A DNA stretch of 63,815 bases, the filler included, from Thraustochytrium aureum (taxonomy: Eukaryota), in assembly GCA_012862495.1 (NCBI GenBank). It is 6 parts of 5 records of this genome, joined end to end, with 100 filler letters (N's around TTAATTAATTAA, not from the genome) between each part and the next. Parts side by side here need not be neighbours in the genome. Positions count along the whole stretch, not along the records: positions 1 to 22,217 come from BLSG01000235.1; positions 22,318 to 32,026 come from BLSG01000237.1; 4 more parts are not named here. One strand, 5' to 3'. This document shows, one piece after another, positions 12,749 through 24,388 of this stretch; positions within the stretch are counted from its first letter, which is position 1, and each line of letters starts with the position of its first letter. The notes under the pieces were generated by a model. That model saw only the letters and a program-made list of their open reading frames with translations, was not told the origin of the DNA and did not search any database. Position numbers and translations under genes: made by a program.

Positions 12749-14872
12749 ATGGTGCGCCCTGCCAGCGCGCCCGTCGAGCGCGCTGAAGACGCGGCGCCCG
12801 CGGCGGCGCTGCCGCGACGCAAAGCCGTGCGCCTCAGTATTCGAGACATCATGAACAAGAACGCGAGTGCCGGCGAAGGCGTGGAGAGCGCCCTCAAGAG
12901 GAAAACGCGACGGTTGCTCGTGGCGAAAAAGCGGCAGCACGACCAGCTATGCTTTGAGCTGGGGCGGCGGCAGGGCGACCTCGCCAAGCTCGACGCTATG
13001 TACAGCGATCTCCGAACAAATGGAGCTGCCTTAGGACTTCACAGCGCCAAGGACCAGTCTGCAGACTCCATGCGGCCCGTGCGAAGCGTGTCTGCCAAAC
13101 CAGTCTTTTGTGACGACACCGACGTGGAGGACCTTGATGCAGAGCTCGAAAAGCACGAGCGCGAGTGCGCGTTCGAATCGAACCAAACGATGATCTACAA
13201 GCACATGCTGCGGCGATACGAGCAGGCCAAGCTTCGCGGGGACGCCAGCACGACGAGCCTGTGCGACAAGATCAGCGACGTCGCAGCGCAGATCCGCGAA
13301 CTCGAGCGCCATCGACTACAAGCCGCCGACCAGCTTGGAGCCAAGAAAACAGCGTTGGAAAACGAGAGGCGAGAGAGAGAGGAGGAGATCCGGCTCTGGG
13401 AAAGGGAGATTGCATCGTGCGAGGCCTTCGTTCGAAAGCGCGAAAAGGTTGCCAGCCTTTTCGAGGGCGCCATCGAGCGCCAGCGCGCCATCCAGCGCAG
13501 GGAACGCGGTCTCCTCACTGAACACGAGTCGAAGGTGGCCAAGGACTCTGCGCTCGTTGCTCGGGTTAGCCAGACTCTCTCCCGCCAGTCGACCATGAAG
13601 ACCGTCGACGCGAAGAAAAGCGAAGAACAACGCTACATACAAGCGTTTGTACGTATTGGCCTCAAGGTCAAGGACCTCAACCCGTCGCTCGTGCTCAAGA
13701 CCTGCTTGGCGCAGTCCGAGATCCGCAAGGACCTTATTATGAGGTCCACCGAGTCGCAGGCCAAGCTCGAGAACCTCAACGAGACAATCAAGCGCCTCAA
13801 GGAGGATCTCAACGCTTTGCTCTTTGCGCCGCCCCAGGAAGACAGGGCTACCAACCGCGTCGTGCGCGACCACGAGCGCAACTTGCACGAGGTTGAGAAA
13901 GCAATCGCCAAGCTCTCTGAGCGCGCCAGCCATCTCGAGACGCAGCTTCGGCCTGTACGAATTGGCGTCGAGCACCTCGCATCCAAGCTACTCCATCGCG
14001 GCGCGAGGCCCGACTTTGACAAGTCTGCGGCGATCGTTTTCCACACGATGCGCGACCAAGTAGACTTTCTCGTGCAGCACTTTGCCTCCCCTCGACGTGG
14101 TGCTGTTTCAGCAGACGCACTTGGGGAGGACGATGGTGAACGAGCCGATCCGGGCGACGCAGTGGCGCCGTCCGATTCAACAGCAGACGCACAAATCCCT
14201 GAGCTCTTTCTGCGCGGACCAGCCGAGCATGTCCACGCAGGAGCGCACCCTGCGGCCCAAACGAACCACTCCAGTGCAATGTTGTTTCAGCACCTGTGTG
14301 TTGACAACAGTCATGAGAGCAGCCTATTGTCCTCGTCGCCGTTCAATGTCCGGGTGCCCGCCGATCCCAATCGTTCGTTTGCAACGTTTTCCCCGGACAA
14401 GGTCCGCGAGCAAGCGACGGCGTATCCAGCCATGCCTCATATGAACGCCCAGAATTGTGGCGTAGCGGGATCGAACGTGTTCGACGACTTGACCTATAGC
14501 GACGACGAGGACGGCGAGAGTGGCGGTGGCGGGCAGTCAAATCACACACAACTACCCAAGACCGGCACGAGTCCGCCGGCAAAGCCAAGCGCCGACCTTG
14601 CCAGCGCTGACCTGGACGCCGCTAGCTCCGCCGATGGCGAGGACAACTTTGTTCTGGGAGATGCGTGTCCCGACCGCGAGTCGATAAAGTCAGCCTCGGC
14701 CTCCATGGTGGCCTATTTTCGTCCGGACAAGACAGGCGCGCCAACCCAACGTTTGAAACATGCGACTGGTACCGAAGTCAAAGCGTTCCGAACACCGGAC
14801 CGGGCCCGAGCGAACGCCCCCCCGCCTCGCAGAGCCGGTGCGCGCTCGAGAGCCACTCGGAAACAAGGCTAA
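12749..14872 (+). CDS. 707-aa coiled-coil protein resembling outer dynein arm docking complex subunits (ODAD1/ODAD3-like)
   Basis: Intact ATG-to-TAA ORF rich in E/K/R heptads. Segments RYIQAFVRIG..LVLKTCLAQSE and VRIGVEHLASKL recall ODA-DC coiled-coil family patterns. The family call is tentative. Confidence 0.6.
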   Translation: MVRPASAPVERAEDAAPAAALPRRKAVRLSIRDIMNKNASAGEGVESALKRKTRRLLVAKKRQHDQLCFELGRRQGDLAKLDAMYSDLRTNGAALGLHSAKDQSADSMRPVRSVSAKPVFCDDTDVEDLDAELEKHERECAFESNQTMIYKHMLRRYEQAKLRGDASTTSLCDKISDVAAQIRELERHRLQAADQLGAKKTALENERREREEEIRLWEREIASCEAFVRKREKVASLFEGAIERQRAIQRRERGLLTEHESKVAKDSALVARVSQTLSRQSTMKTVDAKKSEEQRYIQAFVRIGLKVKDLNPSLVLKTCLAQSEIRKDLIMRSTESQAKLENLNETIKRLKEDLNALLFAPPQEDRATNRVVRDHERNLHEVEKAIAKLSERASHLETQLRPVRIGVEHLASKLLHRGARPDFDKSAAIVFHTMRDQVDFLVQHFASPRRGAVSADALGEDDGERADPGDAVAPSDSTADAQIPELFLRGPAEHVHAGAHPAAQTNHSSAMLFQHLCVDNSHESSLLSSSPFNVRVPADPNRSFATFSPDKVREQATAYPAMPHMNAQNCGVAGSNVFDDLTYSDDEDGESGGGGQSNHTQLPKTGTSPPAKPSADLASADLDAASSADGEDNFVLGDACPDRESIKSASASMVAYFRPDKTGAPTQRLKHATGTEVKAFRTPDRARANAPPPRRAGARSRATRKQG

Positions 14873-15423
14873 GCAAGGCGATGCACGCATCATGGCCGCA
14901 GCTTTGACAACGAAGAGAGGGCCTTGCTCTACTCTCGAGCTAGCTAGCTCTAGAGATGTTTCACAGTCGATTTTAGCCATCTGCGCGACGTTGCGGGCGG
15001 TGGCCTCAGATGCTCGTTCTGTGCTTTTTTTCTACTGTAGAGTACTAGCNNNNNNNNNNNNNNNNNNNNNNNNNNNNNNNNNNNNNNNNNNNNNNNNNNN
15101 NNNNNNNNNNNNNNNNNNNNNNNNNNNNNNNNNNNNNNNNNNNNNNNNNNNNNNNNNNNNNNNNNNNNNNNNNNNNNNNNNNNNNNNNNNNNNNNNNNNN
15201 NNNNNNNNNNNNNNNNNNNNNNNNNNNNNNNNNNNNNNNNNNNNNNNNNNNNNNNNNNNNNNNNNNNNNNNNNNNNNNNNNNNNNNNNNNNNNNNNNNNN
15301 NNNNNNNNNNNNNNNNNNNNNNNNNNNNNNNNNNNNNNNNNNNNNNNNNNNNNNNTAGTACTTGGGCCGCCTACTCGGGCATTGGTAGAGTAGAGTACCA
15401 CTGAACTTACTTGCGGTTGGGTC

Positions 15424-18400
15424 TCATTCAGGGACGATCTGGGCTCGGCTTGGCGTGCTGGAGCCTTGGCTGCGGGGTCCACCACTGCGGCGTTCACCAA
15501 GCCAAGCGGAGAATTGCTCCCCGCGCGCGAGCCGCCGCTGGTCGAGCTGCGGCATGAGCACATTTCCGCTTCGGTACGTGTCGTCTCGCGCCTGCGCGCC
15601 CTGGTCGCCGACATGATAGTGCGAAGGCGAATGCTGCGCAACGCCATCGTGGTCTTTAAAAAAGCTGTCGGATTGCGGGTAGGCCGCGGGTGGCGACATT
15701 CCGAGCGCAAAGGTCGAGACCAAACCATTCACGCCAGAGTCTGCCTGGTGCACCGTCTCGGTGGCCAGACTGATGGTCCTGTCGATCATCTTCTTTGCAG
15801 GCTTGTTCAATACATCAGCTCCCGCTTTAATGTCGTGCGAGATCTTCTTCATGCTCTCCTGGTTGCGCGAGTGCTGAACGATCATGCGAAACTGCATGTA
15901 GCACCACCGCGCCTCGGCTTGGCCCTTGATTTCCTCGAACGCCTCATTCATTACTGCAATGAGCAAGTTGAGCAAAAGAATGACGAGCAAAAACGCGGAC
16001 ACGCACGTCATCAGCACCGCAAAAGTGCGGTCGAGGTCGAACTTGCCGTCAAAGTCGAGGTCCCCAAGCGCTGCGCGAAACGTGAATATGATGGAGCGAA
16101 GCACCGAGCTCGTGGGCTCGTACGCGAGCCCGTACAATAGAAAGTCAAACAGCGCAAAGGCGAGGATGAAGACCGCAAAGATCAAAAAGAAGGACAAGAG
16201 CTGGTAGAGCATCCCTCCGATGATAATGACCGGAATCGCCAGTGCAGCCGTGACCTGGAGAAACTCGAGGCTCTTGATGTAGCAGAGCAGGACCAGGACC
16301 GCCAGCAGGTGCTGGCGCACCACGGCCAGCCAGAGCAAGTCGGAGATGTCGACGTACTCTTCGCTCACCGAGAGGGCGTACCAGTTGGCGAGGCGTGTGT
16401 CTGCCTGCGTGGTGAGCACGGCGTGCACCGAGACAAGCGCCACGACGAGCGACATGATGAGAACGTCGACGTAGTTGAACACGTTGACCCAGTACGGCGG
16501 GATGTACCGGTTGGTCTTGTACATGCAGAGCGAGCGGCTGGCGAGCGACATGATGATGCGGATCTCCTTCGGGTTCTCCATGAGCTCGCGGTTGGCATCG
16601 TCGTTCTCGCGGAGCTCAAACCACCACCACATGGGCGTGTTTTCTTTTTGATGTGCTCCTCGCCCCAGGGCTCGCGCATCTGCACGGCCTCAGTGAAGAA
16701 GTAGGCCAGAATCGCAAGTCCAAGCAAGGCCTCGGCTATCAGGTCCATATAGTCGTCCTCAGTGCTGTAGCTGACGAGCTTGCGCGTCTCCAACCGCGAC
16801 CCCGAGTTGATTCCGCCGGCGGTGGAGAGCTCGAGGAAAACGCTGCCATGGGTAAAGAGCTGCTGCGAGCGGCTGTAGAGCGTAAACTCGACCATGGCGA
16901 CGCGCGTGTTGAGCGCCACGAAACGGCACTGCTCCAAGTCGTTGAAGAGCGAAGCTGCTTCGCTAGCGTTGGAAGGTAGCGTGACGCTGAAGCCGCCGCC
17001 CTTGTAGTACCCGAACGTGCCCATGATTGCGTACGAGCTGTGGTCCTTCCACGCGATCTCAAGCATGGTGCCGTTCGACAGCGGGCACGTAAAGGACTCT
17101 CGGTCCTCCACAGCATCGCTTGGCCGCCCGTATACGCGTGTTGTTGCAGGGGAAAAGCACGTGTCTTCGGTCTGCTCGAGCAGCGAGGGGTTTGCCCCAA
17201 TGCAGCTATCCGGGCGCGTCCTTAGCTGGCGGTAACGCGGGCGGCCGAGAAGAGCAAGATGACCGTTGACCAGTGCTCCGCGCGAAGTCGCGACTGGCTC
17301 TGCGCTGGCGTTGCTGCCGGCGGGGCGATACACGGCGTCGTCCTCCCAAAGCGTCGGAACCAGCGCGTTGGCCAAGTACTGATGCCAGTCGTTGAGGTTG
17401 CCGACCTCGTGGAGCATCTTGATATCGAATTCGTCCCACTCGTCGCCGGAGATGCGGTCCGCGATGCCCGCCTGCATCGAGAAAGCCTCGTAGCTGTTCC
17501 GGCCGCTGTACCGGATAGCAACCAAGGTGAGCAGAGCCAAGAAAACGACCCAGTTGAGTAGGCTCTGCAAAGCCGTGGTGCGGCGCCCGTTGGCGATCCA
17601 CCGCGTCCGCACCGCGACCTGGGTGCGCTGTCGGTGAAGATCTCCGAGTCGTAGCCCATTTCATTGGGGTGGTCGTAAATCTCGGTCATCTCCTCTTCGT
17701 GGATGTCAAACCAGTCGAAGCGCGCCGCCGTGATGAAGGCAGGGTCGCCCTGCTTGTCTTCGTGCTCGAGATCGCCGCCCGCGTCCAGGAGGAGCTTGAT
17801 AAGCATGTTTTGGTTGTTGATTGCCAGGAAGAGGAGCTCGAGGTCCAACCCAATCTTTTTGTAGAGTTCGCGATGGGGACTCATCGGGTGCCGATCAAAG
17901 AGAAAAAGAGGCTTGTCCGCGTCGAGCATGTACGACATTTTCGGGGAAACCATTGCGCTGGTCTGGCGCAAGCGGTGCCGCTTGGCGCGCTCCTTGCGGC
18001 GCTCGATTACCTTGAGGTAGTTTTCGACCTGGTCAGCGATGCCCGGGTTGTGGGCCTCGTCTGCCTCGCAGGCGGCGAGCCGCGTTTCGACCAGGTAGCT
18101 CAGGTAAGAGTGGCGCTGGAAGGCGTGGTGCAGCGCGGTGCGCCCCTCTCGGTTTTCGGCGTGGACTTCCGCGCCACCTTTGCGCAGGAGCACGTTGAGA
18201 ATGTTGATGTGGCCGAACGCCGCGGCGATGTGAAGCGCGGTCTCTTTGCCAAAGTTCTCCAACGCGGCTGCGTTTGCGTTGTACTTGAGAAGGCACTTCA
18301 CGATCATGACGTGGCCGTGCATCGACGCTAGATGGAGCGCCGAAAACCCGAACTCGTCCTTGAGGTTGACCTCGGCCTTGTTCTTGCACAGCTTCAGCAC

Positions 18401-20101
18401 AACGTCATCCATCTCGACCGCTTGGGCGCACGCCAGGTGCAGCGGCGTTTGCTGCGACACAGAGGATCGCAAGCTCAGGTCGTGGTCGCGCTTTGCGGCA
18501 GGTGCATCGCCGCGGCTCGAGCGCGAGGCGTGCGACATGAGGTTGTTGCGCTCGAAAAGCTCCTTTACCGCCCCGTTGTGCCCGTTGGTGATTGCACACA
18601 TGAGCGGGGTGAACCGCTTGGTGTACTCTTGCCTGTTGATGTCTGCCACGGCCTCGCGGTGCCCGTTGTAGTGGTGACGGTATTGCAGCAGCTTCTCGAT
18701 GCACCTTTCGTAACCAAAGGAGCAAGCAAGGTGGAGCGTGGTGCACCCGTCCTGGTCGAGCGCGTTCGGGTCGAATAAAGTCATAAACTTGTCGGCGTCT
18801 TGCGTGATGGGAAGCTCGTGAAGCAGCAAGTCAAGCATGTTGCGGGCGTCGACCTCGTGGCGCGCGAGACGAAGCGCAACGTGCACAGGCGAGCCGTCCT
18901 TGGCCCAAGCTGTGTTGCCCCTGCAGTTGGTCTGCTTGGTCCAGGCGCCCGGATCGCCCGCGAGGTAAACCTCCTCCCAAGGCCCATTTAGATCAGGAAA
19001 GCGGCGCGGCGCGCGGCGCTGAGCGCACTTCTGCCCGTCCTTCGACTTGCCGTGCTTGGTGAGCTTCCTGCCAGCGGCGTGTTGCTCGGCTTGCGCTTCC
19101 GCGGCCGATTCAGCGTCTGCCTGTTGCGAGACGAGCTCGTGGCACTTGACTTCCAGCTTGAACTGTGCCAGCACGAGCGCTTCCAACATGCTCAGCTGGC
19201 CCTTTTCGATGGCGATGTGCCAGAGGGTGTGAAGCTCCATCGCGGACGACACGGGGGCATCGCGTGCAGAGACGGCCGCGCTCCCGTCAGAGTTGACAGC
19301 GACTCGCATCGACTGGTTGGGGTTCGCCATGAGCGCCATCTCAGCGAGCCCCGCGTCAACGCCTGGCTCGGGAGTGATTTGGGGCCGCTCGGCGCTGACG
19401 ATAACCTTGACAAGGTCTGCCTCGTTCTCGAAGCACACTGTCCAGAAAACGGTGCGCCCCAACTTGTCCGGCAGGTTGACGTTGGCGCCGCAATTGATCA
19501 TTTGCTCAAGAACTTTTGGGAGAATCTCGAGTCGTTGCTCGGGCTCGTAGGAGCCATCGCTCTCCTCGTCGATGAACTTGACCAGGTGGTGCATGGCGGT
19601 CATGCCCTTCTCGTCCACCGTGTTGATGTCGGCAATGGAGAGCTCTTCGCGGTCAAGGATAGCCTTGCAGAGCTCTAGCTCGCCAGAGGAGGCCGCCTGG
19701 AGGAGGTCCCGGACTCCTTTTGAGGGCCCGCTTCCTGGGCTGATGGCAGTGACGCGAGCCACGGTGCGGCGCCGCCTTTCGCAATCCTTCCCGGCCGCGT
19801 CACTGTTTGGGAATAGTTTCTTGATGCCCTCAAGCTCTACTTGGAACGTCTCGAGCGCGGACTCGAGACTTGTCACGAGTTGCGTGGCCTGAGACCTCTT
19901 CTTGTGGAGCTGCTTGTTGAACCGCGTTTTGAGCCGGCTCACGTCCTCGTTGAACTTGCGCATCTCGCCGATGGAGGGAAGTTCTATTCTCTCGCGTGGG
20001 CTTGAAGAATCTGCGCCGTCTCTGCCGCTCGCCCCGGTCTGCCTTCGGAGGTCGGCCAGGCCGCCCAACGGCGGCGGCCGAGGGCCGCTGCCACCTTGCA
20101 T
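15424..20101 (-). CDS. Ankyrin-repeat polycystin-2/TRPP-like cation channel (~1560 aa after correcting two frameshifts at ~17622 and ~16642)
   Basis: About 10-12 ankyrin repeats (GMTAMHHL, GCTTLHLAC, FTPLMCAI, QTPLHLAC, FSALHLASMHGH, ETALHIAAAFGH, GRTALHHA). Then S1, polycystin TOP-domain motifs (LLGRPRYRQLRTRPDSC, GYYKGGGF, NTRVAMVEFTLY, LELSTAGGI), S2-S6, pore IIFTFRAALGDLDF and S6 LLNLLIAVMNEAF. Confidence 0.88.
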
Positions 20102-20788
20102 TTGTCTGTCCGGCGCGCTAGCGCCTTGCTCTTCCCACCGCGCGTCTCGCCGCCCCCGCCCCGCCGCGCTGCTTATCCCTTCCGCTCAGACCCGCGTGCG
20201 TCCTTTCTTGGACTGCTTGCTGCTGCTGCTGCTGATGATGAACGAATGCGCTCGTGAGCGACTGGGACTCTGTCACAGCTTGTAACGGTAAAGCTGCCGA
20301 GCTCGCCTCTTGTTCGTTGTTCATGTACTTCGAGTACCGTTTACAAGTACTCNNNNNNNNNNNNNNNNNNNNNNNNNNNNNNNNNNNNNNNNNNNNNNNN
20401 NNNNNNNNNNNNNNNNNNNNNNNNNNNNNNNNNNNNNNNNNNNNNNNNNNNNNNNNNNNNNNNNNNNNNNNNNNNNNNNNNNNNNNNNNNNNNNNNNNNA
20501 AATCGGTCAACTTCATCCGGAATTGGCCAGACTCTGGCGAGCCCCTTGCGCATGCGGGCGCGCGCATGCCGGCCATCCATTGCTTCGTTGCTTGGACACA
20601 GGATAGGTCTGCAAAAGGGTTCAGGCTGTGTTTGTTTGTCCTGTCCGGGAAGAGAGATGTATTTGGTCGGTCGTTCAGCCAGGCCGGCGGCCAAGATAGC
20701 GAGCGCCCTCGGGGGCCAAGCAGCAAGGAAGGGCTCCCGCAGATCGACTTCAAAAACTGCCTGGCATACAGGAGCCCCTGCTCGCTCG

Positions 20789-22217
20789 CTACCTTTGCGA
20801 CGCGGCGGGCTGCGCAGAGCGGCGCGAGGTGGGATCAAACTCGAAGGACGTTGCAGAGTCGGCCGCAATTTTGGCCTTGCGCGAAAACCATCGGGGCAGG
20901 TTGTCCACTGGGTCGAGGTGGTTGGCGGAGAGCCGGCTGGTCGAGGCCGACAGAAGCGACGGGTCGGCGCCGTCGCTGCAGCGGTGCGCCAGGCCAGCTA
21001 GGTTGTGGCGGGCCCTCAAAGCGCCTTGCGCTTCGGTCTGCACAAAGCTCTCAAGGATAAGCCGCGTCCGTCGCTGCCGCTCGCGGTGGAACGTCGCGGT
21101 CTCCAGCTCGACCGAGCCAAACATGAGAACCACCGTTTGCTCCGCAGCGGCAATCTCATCTTCTGCGAGTTGGATGCCACTCTGCGCGGGCTCAGCGAGG
21201 CCGTTCTGCGCCCTTGCCGACGCGTAGCGCTTCTTGGCAAGCGCAAGCCCGTCGTGCGCCGCCTTCAACGCGAGAACGCAGTGGTCAAAGTTGGCCAATA
21301 GCCCTTGGAGAGACGCGACCTGGCCGAGCTGGAATCGCAGCGGCGCGAGCATCTCGGCCGAGCACCGGTCATTGAGGTCTTGCAAGTGATTTGAGAGACG
21401 GTCAAAGTCGACGGAGACCTGGTCAAATAGGTCGCCGGATCCTTGGGCGTGGGGCGGTAGATGTGGCGGCTGCATCGCGGCGCTTGGGAGGAGCGCCGCT
21501 CCAGCAGGCGACTCGGCGTCGAAGTCTGACCTGTTGGCCTCAAGCTGTGACATGGTGCCCCATGTAGGCCGCGACGCGGGCAAGCTCGTAGCCGTGCGCT
21601 CGGCGGCTCGCGAGGAAGCGCTCGATCACCGCGATTGCGGCCTCCAGGCGCTTTGTGTAAGCAGCGAGGTCCATGCGCACCTCAACAACGCGCTCTTGCG
21701 ACACGCCCAAGCGCTTGAGCTGGCGAAGGAGGTGGCTGTCCGCGAGTCCGCCGCTGGCGCGCTCGTCGGAGGCCCCAGCCAGGACCGTGTCCTCGACGCG
21801 CTTGATGATGCGAGACACCCATGAGGTTGCGGCCGCAGCCGCAGCGCTTGCGCCAGCCACTGGCGCTGCGACCCCAGCAGCACCGGGCCGGGACAAGTAG
21901 AGCCCACTTGGCTCGGTGCCCGACTGTGAGACAGCGTCCAACGAGTCCTCTTCGTCACCCGACCCTGCCCCGGGCTGCGCGAGAGCACCCAGCCCCTGCG
22001 AGGTCTCCAGCATGGTCCGAAATACGTGAAAGCCCTCGGGCGAGCAGTAAAGGAACGCCTGAACTTCAAAAGCGAGGGACAGTTTGGCGTGCCGCGCCAC
22101 GCTGGCGATGTACTGCTCGAGCGCGAGGCGGCGCTCCTCCACAAACCGAGCGGAGAGGTTGCCAAACATGCGCTTCGCGGGCACGGGCGGGACGGCGGTC
22201 CCAGGGAACCGGGCCCG
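20789..22217 (-). CDS. Sorting nexin, PX domain plus BAR/Vps5-like helical region; 5' partial, one frameshift at ~21560
   Basis: PX motif PPVPAKRMFG..FVEERRLALEQYI..HAKLS..EVQAFL, followed by a helical region ending ELETATFHRERQRR. Removing one base from the C4 run 21558-21561 joins the two ORFs (AYMGTMSQLE). Confidence 0.8.
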
Positions 22218-22261
22218 NNNNNNNNNNNNNNNNNNNNNNNNNNNNNNNNNNNNNNNNNNNN

Positions 22262-22273
22262 TTAATTAATTAA
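22262..22273. other. Artificial scaffold linker TTAATTAATTAA
   Basis: Stop codons in all six frames, flanked by exactly 44 N on each side (100 bp total). Confidence 0.97.
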
Positions 22274-22381
22274 NNNNNNNNNNNNNNNNNNNNNNNNNNN
22301 NNNNNNNNNNNNNNNNNGGCACCACGCCACGCGAGTGCGCGACAAGAGGCGCGGACTCATCAAACATCAGCTCCGCGGCTG

Positions 22382-23947
22382 CTAGACCGCCGCGAGCGCG
22401 TGCCGCGTGTGCCTCGCAAGCCACGTGCTTACGACCTCCCGAATGTCGCGGCGAGCACGCACAACAGACGCTTGGTCCGTTTGAGGCGATGGGTGGGTCC
22501 AAGCGTGGTGGCTAGCCCCCTCAACAAGTATTACGCGCTGTTCGTGCGCGCGCTGGAACGGCCCAACCTCCTGGACGCTGTTGGCAATCCAAGGGTCAAC
22601 GTTGCCGTTGACCCACAGCACCCGCTCAACGTCGGTTCTGTTCCCGCCATACCTTCGGTTGGTCGAGTCAATCGCTCGCGCAAGTCGCTCACGACCCTGA
22701 AGCCCGAATCGGTCGCACGATTCGCGCATCATGACGTCGACGGTAATGAGCCCTTGCGTGAACATACATCCCGAACCCACCTCGCATGTTTGCAGGAACC
22801 CGTATTCGTTGCAAACCTGCCAAAGCCAAAAGTCATCCTCCCCGTATCGCCCAAGGAGCTGCGGCGGGGTCGGCGAAGCGCCAAGACCCTCGCGAGAGGA
22901 AAGCTGTGCCTTCCGAAGGGCGGCCAACGCCGCGACCGGGCACTTTGGCGCCTCCTTACCTACCATCAGGTCGCAGATCCTGGCTATGTTGCACGCAGGC
23001 TGCGTGCACGCAGGATCGTTGGCCTGCGCAGGAAAATCCGCAACACCGCCGCCGCAGAACGCTCGCTGCTCTTCCTCTGAAGCTAACGCCCCAGCTCGAA
23101 GCCCGAACGTTTTCTCGACGCGAGCCTGGCCTTCCGCGTCGCCAAGCATCCTCCCCAGCGCCGCGTGGCCGGCTGCAATTCGCTCGCGACACTGCTTCGA
23201 CCCGCCCACAGACGGCGTCTCGTAGGCCCGCGCAACGATGTCAAAGTACCCTCGCATCTCCAACTCAGCTTGGACTGGCGCGCTGGAGGCCACAGAGGCG
23301 AAGAAGAGGTGCGGAAACTTGAGTCGCGCCCAGGCCGCCAAAATTCCCGGGTAGGAGCCGCCAAAGGTGACCCAGAGGTTCGCCCGCGTCAACCGATACT
23401 CGGCGCTCACGTGAGCGTGAAGGGCCGCCGCGTCCTCGAGCGCCTGGGCGGTGCTGAGATAGCGCAGCGCGTCGGGCCCTGCCAGCGCGCCCACTGGGCA
23501 CGCCGTCTCGTTGTGGCATCCGTAGTATCTGTGCTCGATCGCTACCATGAGCGCCTTCTTCTCCTTGAGCCACTCGACAGCGTTGTTGCAATGGACAGAG
23601 GCAGACACGACCGAGGGGTCCAGTGGCGGCCCCTCGCCGCCCATGCAGAGAAACACGGGGGCCCCTTCCGCCGGCCCTTCCCAAAACGTATTGTTGACAA
23701 AGTACGCCTGCGGCCAGGTCGCGTCGTTGCGCGGGTCGAAGTGGTCTTGCCGTTGCTCGAGGTACCTGGTTGACCCCAAACGCTCGCCGCGCGCTGCCTG
23801 CGCGCCGAGCCCGCTCCTTGCCCACTGCGACTTCCAGCGTTTCTCTGCATCAGGCGCTGCCGCCGCGGCAGCCGCCGCGCAGCACAGCACGAGCAGCAGC
23901 AGCAGCAGGCGCGTCCCGTGGCATTTTCCGCGTCCACGGCGAGCCAT
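22382..23947 (-). CDS. Serine carboxypeptidase family S28 (PRCP/DPP7/PRSS16-like), secreted or lysosomal, 521 aa
   Basis: ATG at 23947 followed by signal peptide LLLLLLVLCCAAAAAAAA. Motifs QRQDHFD, MGGEGP, EHRYYG, LRYLSTAQALED, nucleophile GGSYPG, ASSAPV, WLWQVCNEYG, NGNVDPW (Asp) and GASHH (His). Confidence 0.95.
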   Translation of the reverse strand: MARRGRGKCHGTRLLLLLLVLCCAAAAAAAAPDAEKRWKSQWARSGLGAQAARGERLGSTRYLEQRQDHFDPRNDATWPQAYFVNNTFWEGPAEGAPVFLCMGGEGPPLDPSVVSASVHCNNAVEWLKEKKALMVAIEHRYYGCHNETACPVGALAGPDALRYLSTAQALEDAAALHAHVSAEYRLTRANLWVTFGGSYPGILAAWARLKFPHLFFASVASSAPVQAELEMRGYFDIVARAYETPSVGGSKQCRERIAAGHAALGRMLGDAEGQARVEKTFGLRAGALASEEEQRAFCGGGVADFPAQANDPACTQPACNIARICDLMVGKEAPKCPVAALAALRKAQLSSREGLGASPTPPQLLGRYGEDDFWLWQVCNEYGFLQTCEVGSGCMFTQGLITVDVMMRESCDRFGLQGRERLARAIDSTNRRYGGNRTDVERVLWVNGNVDPWIANSVQEVGPFQRAHEQRVILVEGASHHAWTHPSPQTDQASVVRARRDIREVVSTWLARHTRHALAAV

Positions 23948-24388
23948 CCCCGCCGTTCGTTGTGTGCGCGGACGCGTGCGGCCCTGGCTCGCAGCGGACC
24001 TGCTTCCGAGCTCGACTAGCGTCGCGCCCCGGCGCCACGTGAGCAGGTCGCGGGCGGAGATGGCGCTGCGCGAAGCTGCCGCGGCCCGGGACGGATTGGA
24101 TTGCCCACTCCACAAAGCGCCCTCCGGCCTCAACGCCGCGCGCAGCAGAGCAGCAGGCCGCAGGCNNNNNNNNNNNNNNNNNNNNNNNNNNNNNNNNNNN
24201 NNNNNNNNNNNNNNNNNNNNNNNNNNNNNNNNNNNNNNNNNNNNNNNNNNNNNNNNNNNNNNNNNNNNNNNNNNNNNNNNNNNNNNNNNNNNNNNNNNNN
24301 NNNNNNNNNNNNNNNNNNNNNNNNNNNNNNNNNNNNNNNNNNNNNNNNNNNNNNNNNNNNNNNNNNNNNNNNNNNNNNNNNNNNNNNN

